Assembly (NCBI RefSeq): GCF_006345805.1
Contig: NW_021832966.1
Coordinates: 1-29,157, forward strand
DNA length: 29,157 bases
From: Octopus sinensis
Taxonomy: Eukaryota
Direction: 5' to 3'
Part shown: positions 1 to 9,613 of the stretch, one piece after another
Layout of the letters: each line of letters starts with the position of its first letter
How positions within the stretch are numbered: position 1 is the stretch's first letter
Translations under genes and position numbers: made by a program
The notes under the pieces: generated by a model
What the model was told of the DNA's origin: nothing
Database searches by the model: none
The model's input: only the letters and a program-made list of their open reading frames with translations

Positions 1-239
1 AAGACATTCAGCGGATTAAATATATTTATTATTTATGAAAATAACTAATTTGTTTGAGAGAAACATTATAGTTTGCCTGCATAATTCTCCCGATTCCCGC
101 AGTGCTACGACGTGGGTTTGTATTACTTTCTATTTATTCCGAATATTTCTCTTTTATTTCTTATTTCAAGTGAACGATAATTTTATTTCTATTTGTGTCT
201 TTGTCACATTTAACCACAATTTAATTGAAGGCATAAGCA

Positions 240-272
240 CATATATATAGGAGTGTATATATAATGTATATA

Positions 273-313
<41 letters not shown>

Positions 314-609
314 TTATTCATATTATATATATATAATATATATATTCATATATATATATATATATATACATATGTACAATGTGTGTATATATATTTATAT
401 ACATATGTATATATACATATTATATATATAAGTATGTATGTATATATATATATATACATATTATATATATGTATATATATATGTATATACATATATATAT
501 ACACACACACATATATAGATGTATATATATATATATACATACGCATATATATATAGATATATATATATATGGGTGTGTGTATGAATATATATATATATGT
601 GTATGTATG

Positions 610-648
<39 letters not shown>

Positions 649-700
649 ATATATATACTACATACGAATGTGCGTGTGTGTGTGGGGGGGGGGCGCAATC
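240..700. repeat. Degenerate (TA)n/(CA)n/(TATG)n compound microsatellite
   Basis: Continuous TA/CA/TATG runs; the Y/I/H-rich ORFs here are translations of it. Confidence 0.97.
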
Positions 701-819
701 GTTTGTTTGTTTTTCCGGTTTTACTTTTCGAATTTTTCGCTAATGGAGAAACTGACGTTTTCTAACACAGAGTCTCTCTCACTGGAATTTAGACAACTTT
801 AGCGGGTTAGTTGCGTATG

Positions 820-1080
820 CATGTAAATGCGTACATATCCATGTATGTATGTATATATGTACGTATGTATATATGTACGTATGTATGTATGTATGTATGT
901 ATGTATGTATGTATGTATGTATATATGTATGTAGGTATGTTTGTGTATGTCTGTGTATATGTATGTGTGTATTTATGTGAACATGGATTTTCGGATGGTT
1001 TATAGGTGGATGCATGCGTACTCTTCATATACAATGCGTTTAAGCATGTATATATAAAAGATATACACACGTTTAACTTT
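820..1080. repeat. (TATG)n-rich microsatellite
   Basis: Repeated gtat units, pure at about 865-925. Confidence 0.95.
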
Positions 1081-1106
1081 GTGTATATACCTTTTATTGT
1101 TTGTCT

Positions 1107-1450
1107 TTTCTTTTATATGTTTCATTGACAGAACTGCGCCCATGTTGGGGCAGCACTTCAAAGGCTTTAATCGAACACCTCGATATTAGAAGGTATTTTC
1201 TTCTTTGGTACTCGTTCTATCTCAGTTGATGTCTCATCGGTGGGGGCGTAAACAGAATAACACCATTATCAGTCTTTGGGTTGTGATGGAAACGCAAAGA
1301 CACCTAAACATATATATATAATTAGGTGTATATCGCTATACGACCGGCTTCCACACAGTTTCCGTCTGCCGTCGTTACTCACAAGACATCGGTCGGCCCG
1401 GAGCTATATAGAAGTCAGTTGCACAAGGTACTGTGATGTGGGACTGATAC
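1107..1450 (-). mobile_element. Old, diverged SINE family A copy (tail, body, most of head)
   Basis: Co-linear with the better copy at 7323-7748: ctgcgcccatgttggggcagcac ~ ctgcggccatgctgaggcacc; gggggcgtaaaca ~ ggggacgtaaaca; ttccacacagtttccgtctgcc ~ ttctttcagtttccatctacc; ends at gtgggactga. Confidence 0.75.
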
Positions 1451-1452
1451 AT

Positions 1453-1578
1453 CCAGTGGCGATATTGTCCGAACCATCGTCGCCACTGCTATATCCCAGT
1501 GACAATATTGTCCGAACCCTTGTTGCCACGGCTTTGTTCCAGTTGCGACATTGTCCGAACCCTCGTCGCCACGGCTAT
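1453..1578. repeat. Three tandem 43-bp units, each an imperfect hairpin
   Basis: Units start at CAGT 1454, 1497 and 1540. Invariant loop core ATTGTCCGAACC. Unit 1 stem is CAGTGGCGA...TCGCCACTG. Confidence 0.92.
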
Positions 1579-1800
1579 GCGGCCATGCTGGGGTACCACC
1601 TTGAAGAATTTTTAGTCAAATATATCGACCACAGTACTCAGTTTTTTCTTAAAGTCTCGTACTTGTTGTGACGGTCTCTTTTGCCAAACCGCTAAATTAC
1701 GGGGACGTAAACGCACCAGCAGCGGTTGTTAAACGTTGGGGGTGGAGGAACGAACACAGATATAAAGACGCTCGCATATTGAGATATATGCATATATATA
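1579..1800 (-). mobile_element. SINE family A 3' half
   Basis: gcggccatgctgg...ctcttttgccaaaccgctaaattacggggacgtaaacgcaccagcagcggttg matches 7359-7510. Confidence 0.88.
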
Positions 1801-1899
1801 TGTATCATGTGGCCATGAGGGCGTGCTACACTAAAAGTGGCACTCCATCATGGCTACCAATTCTGCCTTAAAACAAATAGAGGAATATAAACATGCATA

Positions 1900-2266
1900 A
1901 ACATGCATATGTGTGTATATATACACACACACACACACACACATAGGTTTGATTGTCGATGATTGCGTCGTTGCGGGTCTATGAGTGTATGTATAATCGC
2001 ATATGTGCATATGTGCGTGCGCGTATTTGCAACTGTGAGTGGTTGTGTGCGTATGTGTGTGCGTGTGTGTGTATCTGTGTTTCTGTATGTATGTGTGTGT
2101 GAGTGTGTGTGTATGTGTGCGTGTGCATGTTTGCATATGTGTGTCTGTGTTTGTGTATGTATGTCTGTGTGTGTGTCAGTCAATATGTTTGTGTGTAGAT
2201 GTATATATGTGTGTATGTGTTCATGCATGTATGTGTGAATGTGTGTGGGTGCGTGTGTGTGTGTGG

Positions 2267-2327
<61 letters not shown>

Positions 2328-2345
2328 TGTGTGTTGTGTGTGTGA
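1900..2345. repeat. (CA)n/(GT)n compound microsatellite
   Basis: Degenerate GT runs with a pure (GT)n tract at about 2272-2320. Confidence 0.96.
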
Positions 2346-3298
2346 ATAGTCGTCCAATTCAGCGCTTTACATTACGGCATCGCATTCACAGAAGTAATTC
2401 CGATGCTAATGATATTGTCTGACAAGGAAATAGAATTCTGGCAATTTATGGCTTTAAACGTTTGAATAACGAAAGAGGAAATTTTCGACTGAACTTAATT
2501 TGCAACTAAGAATACCCAACCATACAACAAACCAACAAACCAAGCACCGCCATATGACAGCCCCTCACGCCCCAGAAAAAAGTTTCTTCCCAACAAAAAC
2601 ACCATCCAGGACATTTCGAATAGAGTAACGAATGCTGGGAAGAATGTCCAATCTATTCACTCCATAGCAAGACGAATAAATTTCCTATAACACATTTTAA
2701 TCTATTCAAAAAACAAAGTAAAATTACTAAAATAAACAGCGAAGGGAGAAATCAATAACGAAATCAGCTCAGAAATCACCTTTCGCTGTGTTTTATGTCG
2801 TTAATTTCACGTCGAACCCGTCTCATTAACTGCCGAATAAACTTTTCTTAAGCCTTATCTTTGTTTCTATATTTCATTTTACAGTTTTAGTTTATGCAGC
2901 CAAGATTGTATCTGTAATACATTAAAAAGAGGATAGAAAAAAAAAATTCTCTTTATATTTTTTTCCACTTTTCGTTTTTGTATTTCAGTTGTTGTTTTTG
3001 TTGCTCCGAGTGAATGTTTAACTCTGGGTCAACTGTTGTTGAGCAGATTTACGATCAAAGATATTCCATATTTGAGCAGTTCCTCTTTTTTTCGGCCATA
3101 GTGCTCCAAGAAATGTAATGGCCCAGAACAACCCATAATTTTAGTGGTATCATGTAGAAGGAATTCGGTGTCTCTTACCGTGTCCTTCCTGATCAAGAAT
3201 TAATAGGAGCATGGGAACTACATTGCTATTTCTAGCAAGTCGAGGGTCTGCCGATAAGCATCAATGTTGACTTCATTTAGTCATAAGTTTCGTTGTCA

Positions 3299-3620
3299 TG
3301 AAGGCGCGTGGCTTAGTGTTTAGAGTAGTCAGTTAACGATCGAAATGCTGTGAGTTCAATTCCCGGCAACGCGTTGTGTCCTTGAGCAAGACACTTTATT
3401 TCCTGTTGCTCCAGTCCACTCAGCTGGCAAAAATGTGTTGTACCTGTATTTCAAAGAGCCAGCCTTGTCACACTCTGTATCAGGCTGAATCTCACTGAGA
3501 GTGAAGGGGTGCGTGTGTCTGTAGGGTGCTCAGCCACGTGTGTGCTAATTGCACGAGAAGGTTGTTCCGTTGATCGGATCAACTGGAATTCATGCCGTCG
3601 CAACAGACGGAGTCCCAGTT
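3299..3620 (+). mobile_element. SINE family C, near full length (tRNA-like head, CORE-like segment, distinct tail)
   Basis: A-box-like TGGCTTAGTG, B-box-like GAGTTCAATTCC, then gtgtccttgagcaagacacttta...ttgctccagtccactcagctggcaaaaatg. Second copy at 4811-5130. Confidence 0.88.
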
Positions 3621-3717
3621 TCCAATTGTTGTTGTTTCCGCCACAGAGGAAATCTGATTGTGCAGACTATCCTACATTTATGGGGAGCATCTGAGATCGC
3701 AAAGAAAGAATTATTAT

Positions 3718-3776
3718 CAAAGGTGCTCCAGCATGGCCACAATCAAATGACCGAAACAAGTAAAAGAGTAATAAAG
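3718..3776 (+). mobile_element. SINE family A 3' tail fragment
   Basis: aaaggtgctccagcatggccacaatcaaatgaccgaaacaagtaaaagag matches 13106-13150. Confidence 0.88.
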
Positions 3777-4179
3777 GTTTTTCGTAATTAAAAATGGGTG
3801 GGGGTTCATTAGAGACAGACAGACAAAGAAATCGAAGCGCTTTTTCTTTTTGCACCTTGATTGGATTGTTCGCGTAGAATTCCCTCGTACGAACGATATA
3901 ATATTAGCGATGGAAGCCAGCATGACAGGGTTCGAACTTTCCACTTCACATTCACGTCGCTTCCCATTTCGATTTCACGGCACGGGAACATGTCCTCTAA
4001 CTTAACCACACGTAGTAACAGGTTTATTGCAAATGGTGACGAACAGACTGCATCGTTTTTTGGATAGTTATTATATATTTCGCTGTTTGACATAGTTTTG
4101 GGGTAACTTTAGTAGAAAGTCTTCGCTTACAAGCGCTGGAAGGTATCTAATCCGACATCCTTCAGTCTCTGATATATAA

Positions 4180-4302
4180 ACTCAACTGGTACTTTTTTTA
4201 TTGACTCCGAAAGGATGAAAGTCAAAGTTGACGTCGGCAGAATTTGAACGCAGAATGTAAGCATTTCGGCCGGCGTACTAACGATTTTTCCTGCAGGCCT
4301 CC
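4180..4302 (-). mobile_element. Diverged SINE family B fragment
   Basis: aactggtac...ccgaaaggatgaaagtcaaagttgacgtcggcagaatttgaac...ccggcgtactaacg matches 5665-5780, with an internal deletion. Confidence 0.85.
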
Positions 4303-4411
4303 TTCGTTCCTATCTTAATATAATGAAAATGTAGTTTACTACTCACTCTTAGGTTGTGTAGCACATCGACTAACCATGTAGTCAGTCTCTTAGTTTCCGT
4401 CGGGGATGTAT

Positions 4412-4817
4412 AAGGTTGAAAAAAAAAAAACTGTTACGTTGCTGCGAAGGCGGAATTTGAACTCAGAACGTAGTGGCTGATGAAATAAAGGTTGGAAAAA
4501 AATACTGTTACGTTGCTGTGAAGGCGGAATTTGAACTGGCTGATGAAATAAAGGTTGGAAAAAAAAACTGTTACGTTGCTGCGAAGGCGGAATTTGAACT
4601 CAGAACGTAGCGGCAGACGAAATAAAAGTTCGAAAAAAAAAATACTGTTACGTTGCTGTGAAGGCGGAATTTGAACTCAGAACGTAGTGGCTGATGAAAT
4701 AAAGGTTGGAAAAAAAAAATTGTTACGTTGCTGCGAAGGCGGAATTTGAACTCAGAACGTAGCGGCAGACGAAATAAAAGTTCGAAAAAAAAAATACTGT
4801 TACGTTGCTGTGAAGGC
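4412..4817. repeat. Minisatellite of about 75-bp units containing a SINE-B B-box fragment, with dimeric higher-order structure
   Basis: (C/T)TGTTACG unit marks at 4431, 4505, 4568, 4645, 4720 and 4797. GCTGCGAAGG alternates with GCTGTGAAGG. Units carry GGCGGAATTTGAAC, which is GTTCAAATTCC on the minus strand. Confidence 0.95.
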
Positions 4818-5130
4818 ACGTGTTAAGCGGTTAGTTTATTCGGCTCACGATAGAAAGGTCGTGAGTTCGATTGTTCGCGGCGCTTTGTGTCTTTCAGAAG
4901 GATACTTTATTTTAAGTTGCTCCAGTTCATTCCACTGGCAAATATGATTTGTACCTGTTACTCAAAGGGCCAGCCTCACCCCATCTTGTGTCACGCTGAA
5001 TCTCGCTCAGAACGACGTTAAGCTTACACGTATCTGGAGAATGCTCAGCCACTTGAACGATCATTTCACGGGCCAGCCATTCCCCTGATCGGATCAGCTG
5101 GAACGCACGTCGCTGCAACGGACGCACTGA
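4811..5130 (+). mobile_element. Diverged SINE family C copy
   Basis: Co-linear with 3299-3620 (gttgctccagt, tcaaagggccagcct, gctgaatctc, tgctcagccac, tgatcggatca). Confidence 0.85.
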
Positions 5131-5198
5131 CAGACACTGCTGAAACTTTTTGTCGTTTTTGCTGTTGAACGAGCAAAACTATAACGAAATAGAACATC

Positions 5199-5796
5199 CT
5201 ATTTCTTTATTGCCCACAAGGGGCTAACCATAGGGGAGGGGCAAACAAGGACAGACAAACGGATTAAGTCGATTACATAAACACCAGTGCGTGACTGGTA
5301 CTTAATTTTATCGACCCCGAAAGGATGAAAGGCAAAGTCGACCTCGGCGGAATTTGAACTCAGAACGTAACGGCAGACGAAATACAGCTGCGCATCTCGC
5401 CCGGCGTGCTAACGTTTCTGCCAGCTCACCGCCATTACCTAGACAAAGAGATTAATTCGATTACATCGACCCCAGTGCATAACTGGTACTTATTTAATCG
5501 ACCCCAAAAGGATGAAAGGCAAAGTCGACCTCCGCGGAATTCTAACTCAGAACGCAGTGGCGGGGGAAATACCTATTTCTTTACTACCCACAAGGGGCTA
5601 AACACAGAGAGAACAAGCAAGGACAGACAAACGAATTAAGTCGATTATATCGACCCCAGTGCGTAACTGGTACTTAATTTATCGACCCCGAAAGGATGAA
5701 AGGCAAAGTCGACCTCGGCGGAATTTGGACTCAGAACGTAGCGGCAGACGAAATACTACGGCCGGCGTGCTAACGTTTCTGCCAGCTCGCCGCCTT
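5199..5796 (-). mobile_element. SINE family B trimer (full + head-less partial + full) bounded by a 15-bp target-site duplication
   Basis: Copies at about 5199-5433, 5440-5575 and 5576-5796. Flanks are ACGAAATAGAACATC (5184-5198) and ACGAAGTAGAACATC (5797-5811). Confidence 0.9.
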
Positions 5797-6069
5797 ACGA
5801 AGTAGAACATCTGTGACCATCACGTCGTTTTTGTAGGGAACTCAGGTTTACATTATCCATAACATTTATAAAGACGGTTATGTATTATTTGATGAGAAGC
5901 ATAGACCGTGGGCCCGGGCAACGCTTTGATGGGGCTGCTAATTCTAGGCATGCTGTGGAAGCCTGTAAGCCTTGGTACCCGTAGTAAGTGGCTATTCAGC
6001 TGTAGTGGTTCTACAAGCGTTGTTGCTCTTTCTAGTAAGCCAGGAATATACGTAAAAATTGTAGTTTCT

Positions 6070-6190
6070 GTTGTTGCTGCCTTTGACAGTTTGATTGATA
6101 GGTTGTTCTTTTGTTGTTGGTGTTGTTGTCGTTGTTGTTCCATTTGTTGTTGTTGTTGGTAGTGGTGATGGTGGTGGTGGTGGTGATGTT
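6070..6190. repeat. (GTT)n/(GGT)n microsatellite
   Basis: Trinucleotide runs. Confidence 0.9.
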
Positions 6191-6479
6191 GGCGTTAGAG
6201 GGAGGGAGAGAAAGAGGCGGTAGTCTTTTCGACCAGGAGCAACCTGGTTCTGAGTGAAAGGATAATTAGTTCGTAATCTGGTGGGATTACGAAGACAGAA
6301 TGAAATGGCTGGTAGATTTTTTTTATTTAATTATATATCTAATAATTAATTCGCTGATTAGTATACACTACAACCAACAAAATGTAGGTTTTGGACAGTA
6401 GGAGACGAAAGAAGAGGAAGACAACAAAAAGCTTTAATCTTAAAAACACATATTTAACAAGAAAAATAAAATGAGAGAG

Positions 6480-6960
6480 ATAGAGTAAGATATATATATA
6501 TATATATATACATATGTGTATGTATGTATGTTTATATATATATATATATAAACATATGTGTGTATATATATATATACAGTATATGTATGCATGGTATCGA
6601 TGGATGCCATTATTCAGTTTTATTTCAAGATTTCTTGCCAATAGAGAAAGAGCCGGTTTCTAACCTACATCCATTGCTCCTTCATTGAAATTTCAAAATC
6701 AACAACAGGGTATTTTTGTATGTATACAAGTAGATTTGTACGATTTGTTATTTGTATATATGTTTGTATATATGGATGGATGGATAGATGGATGAATGTA
6801 CACAGAGATAGTGAGTGAGTGAGTGAGTGAGATGCGGTGTACGAACAGAGTGGGACAAAACGAGGAGGAAGACATACAGGTAAGCAGACAGAAAGAGACA
6901 GGTAAGACACAGGTAACAAGAGAGAGAAAGAATATGTAAAACGTAGAGAGAGAGACAAAG
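6480..6960. repeat. (TA)n, (GGAT)n, (GAGT)n and purine-rich simple repeats, interrupted by unique sequence at about 6590-6730
   Basis: Directly visible runs. Confidence 0.8.
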
Positions 6961-7040
6961 GGAAAATGAACGTCAGCGAGAAAGATTCTGTAAAAACGTA
7001 AATGAGTCGGGGATGTGGAAAAAGGATGGAAAGAAATAGG

Positions 7041-7191
7041 TAGGCGTAGCCGTGTGGCAAGATGCTTGCCTCCCAAACACATGGCTCCGGGTTCAATCCC
7101 ACCTAGTGGCACCACGGGCAAGTGTCTTCCAATATATCCTCGGACCGACAGGAAGCTTCGTGATTGTTTTTAGAAGACGGAAACGGAAGCC
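7041..7191 (+). mobile_element. SINE family A 5' head fragment
   Basis: taggcgtagccgtgtggcaagatgcttgcctcccaaacacatggctccgggttcaatccc...ggcaagtgtctt; inverse of 7640-7748. Confidence 0.85.
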
Positions 7192-7322
7192 TGAACAACG
7201 CGCACGGATTTTACCTCCTCTTTCAAGCAAACGGGTGTATATTGTACCCTGACTTTTTATTATGCATTTTGCATATTTGGATTGTGTTTGCTGGCCACTC
7301 TGTCATTATTTTTATACATAAT

Positions 7323-7544
7323 TCTTTTATTCTTTTACTTGTTTCAGTCATTTGACTGCGGCCATGCTGAGGCACCGCCTTCAGTCGAGCAAATTGACCC
7401 CCAGGAATTATTCTTTGTAGACCTAGTACTTATTCTATCAGTCTTTTTTGCCGAACCACTAAGTTACGGGGACGTAAACACACCAGCATCGGTTGTCAAG
7501 CGACGTTGGGGGAAACAAACACAGACGCCCGAACATATATACAA

Positions 7545-7614
<70 letters not shown>

Positions 7615-7748
7615 GACAGGCTTCTTTCAGTTTCCATCTACCAAATCCACTCACAAGGTTTTGCCCAATGTGCTACGCAATGGGATTGAACCCGGAAACA
7701 TGTGGTTCGTAAGTAAGCTACTTACAACACAGCCACTCCTATACCTAT
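7323..7748 (-). mobile_element. Full-length SINE family A with internal (CA)n(TA)n microsatellite
   Basis: Tail tcttttacttgtttcagtcatttgactgcggccatgc, body, microsatellite at about 7545-7612, then the tRNA-like head. A deletion removes part of the CORE-like segment present at 18640-18670. Confidence 0.93.
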
Positions 7749-7967
7749 AATGATAACTTTTTTGAATTTATACTTTCTCACTAATGTTCATTTGGAAGTC
7801 GCGTCTGTCTGTCTGTCTGTCTGTGCGTGCGCGCGTGCGTGCGTGCGTGTGTGCGTGTGTGGTGTGTGTGTGTGTTGGAACTGATAATGTATGTATGGCA
7901 GATCGAAATGCTGTTTGCAGTAGTGATGATGATAATGTGGTGGTGGTGGATTTTTTAAATCTTTATT

Positions 7968-8267
7968 CGCCCCTTTTCAAGCCTAACCAGGCTCATAGGC
8001 CCGGTTTCTTGGTTTCTAAGGCGTGTGTGCCCCCCCACCCCCACCATCAGCTGGACGGGGCGCCAATCTTTCGCAGCATTACTCAAGAAACAAGAATGAG
8101 AGAAAGTTGGGGCGAAAGAGCACAACAGGGGTCGCCACCACCCACTGTCGGAGCTTCGTAAAGATTCAGGTGTTTTCGCTCAATAAACACACACAACGCC
8201 CAGTCTGGGAATCGAAACCGCGGTCCTCCGACCGCGAGTCCTTTGCCCTAACCACTGGGCCATTGCG
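7968..8267 (-). mobile_element. SINE family D
   Basis: cgccccttttcaagcctaaccaggctcataggcccggtttc...gggaatcgaaaccgcggtcctccgaccgcgagtcc...taaccactgggccattgcg; co-linear with 12289-12592. Confidence 0.9.
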
Positions 8268-8329
8268 GGTGGTGGTTTTCATACTGGTTAATATTAGTCG
8301 CTATTGGTATTTTTGTAATGGTAGAGATG

Positions 8330-8732
8330 GCTGTGTTGGTTGGTGGTTGTGGTGGCGATGAGGATGGTGGTGGTAGTGATGATGATGATGATGATGATGA
8401 TGATTATGATGATTATGATGACGTCGATGAGGACGACGATGACGATGATGACAGTAATCACAATGATCCTGATGAGGATGATGATGCCGAAGGGAGGGAG
8501 GGAGGGAGGAAGAGAATCGAAGTTACACGAGGAGGAGGAGGAGGAGGAGGAGGAGGAGGAGGATACTGATAATGTTAGTTCTGATTATAGTAATGATGGA
8601 TATGAGGCTGAGAGCAACAGTTGCTGCTGCTCGTTAGGATGAAGATGATGATGATGGTGGGGGTGATGATGGTGATGGTGGTGGTGGTGGTGGAGATGAT
8701 GATGATGATGATGATGATGAAGGCGGTGATGG

Positions 8733-8770
<38 letters not shown>

Positions 8771-8826
8771 TGGTGGTGGTGGTTGTGGTGAGTGTGATGA
8801 TGATGATGAGGAGGAGGATGATGATG

Positions 8827-8857
<31 letters not shown>

Positions 8858-8870
8858 CGTATTGTGTGTG
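8330..8870. repeat. (GAT)n/(GGT)n/(GAG)n compound trinucleotide repeat
   Basis: Poly-D/E/M/G ORFs in every frame are translations of the repeat. Confidence 0.96.
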
Positions 8871-8929
8871 GTGATGCTGCTGCAGCTGTTAATAGATGGT
8901 TAAATCAATGTTCTCTGATCTAGTTAAGT

Positions 8930-9310
8930 TTTTTATTATTATTATTATACATATACTTATGTATGTATGTATGCGTATGTGAATGTGCACCTCCATTCCA
9001 CTCCTCTCTCTCTCTCTCTCTCTCTTTCTCCCTCTCATTCTCTCATTCCCTTTCTCTCTATCTCTATCTCCTCACTCTCTCACACACACTCTTCCCCTCT
9101 CTTATCTCTTCATAATATTAACTTACAGAGTTGTAGCTGTCATCTCTGATGTGACTTAACACGTTTAATAAGATTAACGATTATAGTAATATACCATAAT
9201 GATTTCTTTGCCGCTTATCTTTATTGTTGTTACTGTTGTTGTTGTTGTTGATGTGATCAGTGTTTACATTTTGTTGTTGTTGTTTTTGTTGCTGGCGTTG
9301 ATGTTGTATT
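8930..9310. repeat. (ATT)n, (TATG)n, (CT)n and (GTT)n simple repeats
   Basis: Directly visible runs. Confidence 0.8.
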
Positions 9311-9613
9311 TGTCGTATTAGTCAGTATTTGTTAATATAGAACTTGTTACATAGTCTTACCTCTAGCTATAAACTCATATCATTTTTCTTCTTGTTGTTA
9401 TGTACAGCACTTTATGTTTGCTGATATAGAACATACTATGTACTTGTTCTCTTTGTACTCAATTCGGTACTTTTTGTTGATGTTCTGTATCACATTGCTA
9501 GCCAAGAGTAAACAGACTTATAATGAATTCGTTTTGTTGTACTTCAATTTTATTATTAGAAATATTATTATTGCTAAGTCTCTCTAAACGAAACAACAGC
9601 AGCGGTACTGGAT

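Noticed and set aside
1453-1578. CRISPR-like reading of the palindromic 43-bp repeats
   Set aside because: The units are contiguous with no unique spacers, there are no cas genes, and the context is eukaryotic.
2737-2790. Stem ACAGCGAAGGG/CCTTTCGCTGT as a pre-miRNA
   Set aside because: Only 11 bp of stem with a loop of about 32 nt; too short for a Drosha substrate.
3299-3370. tRNA gene calls for SINE heads (also 7041, 12530-12592, 22219, 28621)
   Set aside because: A/B boxes are present, but there is no complete cloverleaf and each head runs into a repeated SINE body.
4470-4500. CTGATGA as a hammerhead ribozyme core (also at about 8469 and 21176)
   Set aside because: No stem II followed by GAAA and no closing stems; in the array it is a mutated form of CAGACGA.
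5853-6162. ORFs of 84 and 96 aa over unique sequence
   Set aside because: No recognisable homology, and both depend on the adjacent (GTT)n repeat for their length.
6270-6293. Perfect 9-bp hairpin TTCGTAATC/GATTACGAA
   Set aside because: About one such stem is expected by chance in 29 kb, and there is no supporting context.
6610-6720. Possible fragment of another dispersed repeat (ttattcagttttatttcaagatttcttgcc...)
   Set aside because: It seems familiar, but there is no second copy or structural hallmark in the window to support a call.
8318-8642. Acidic poly-D/E 'protein' exon
   Set aside because: Lies wholly within a trinucleotide block that is open in several frames; no convincing splice sites.
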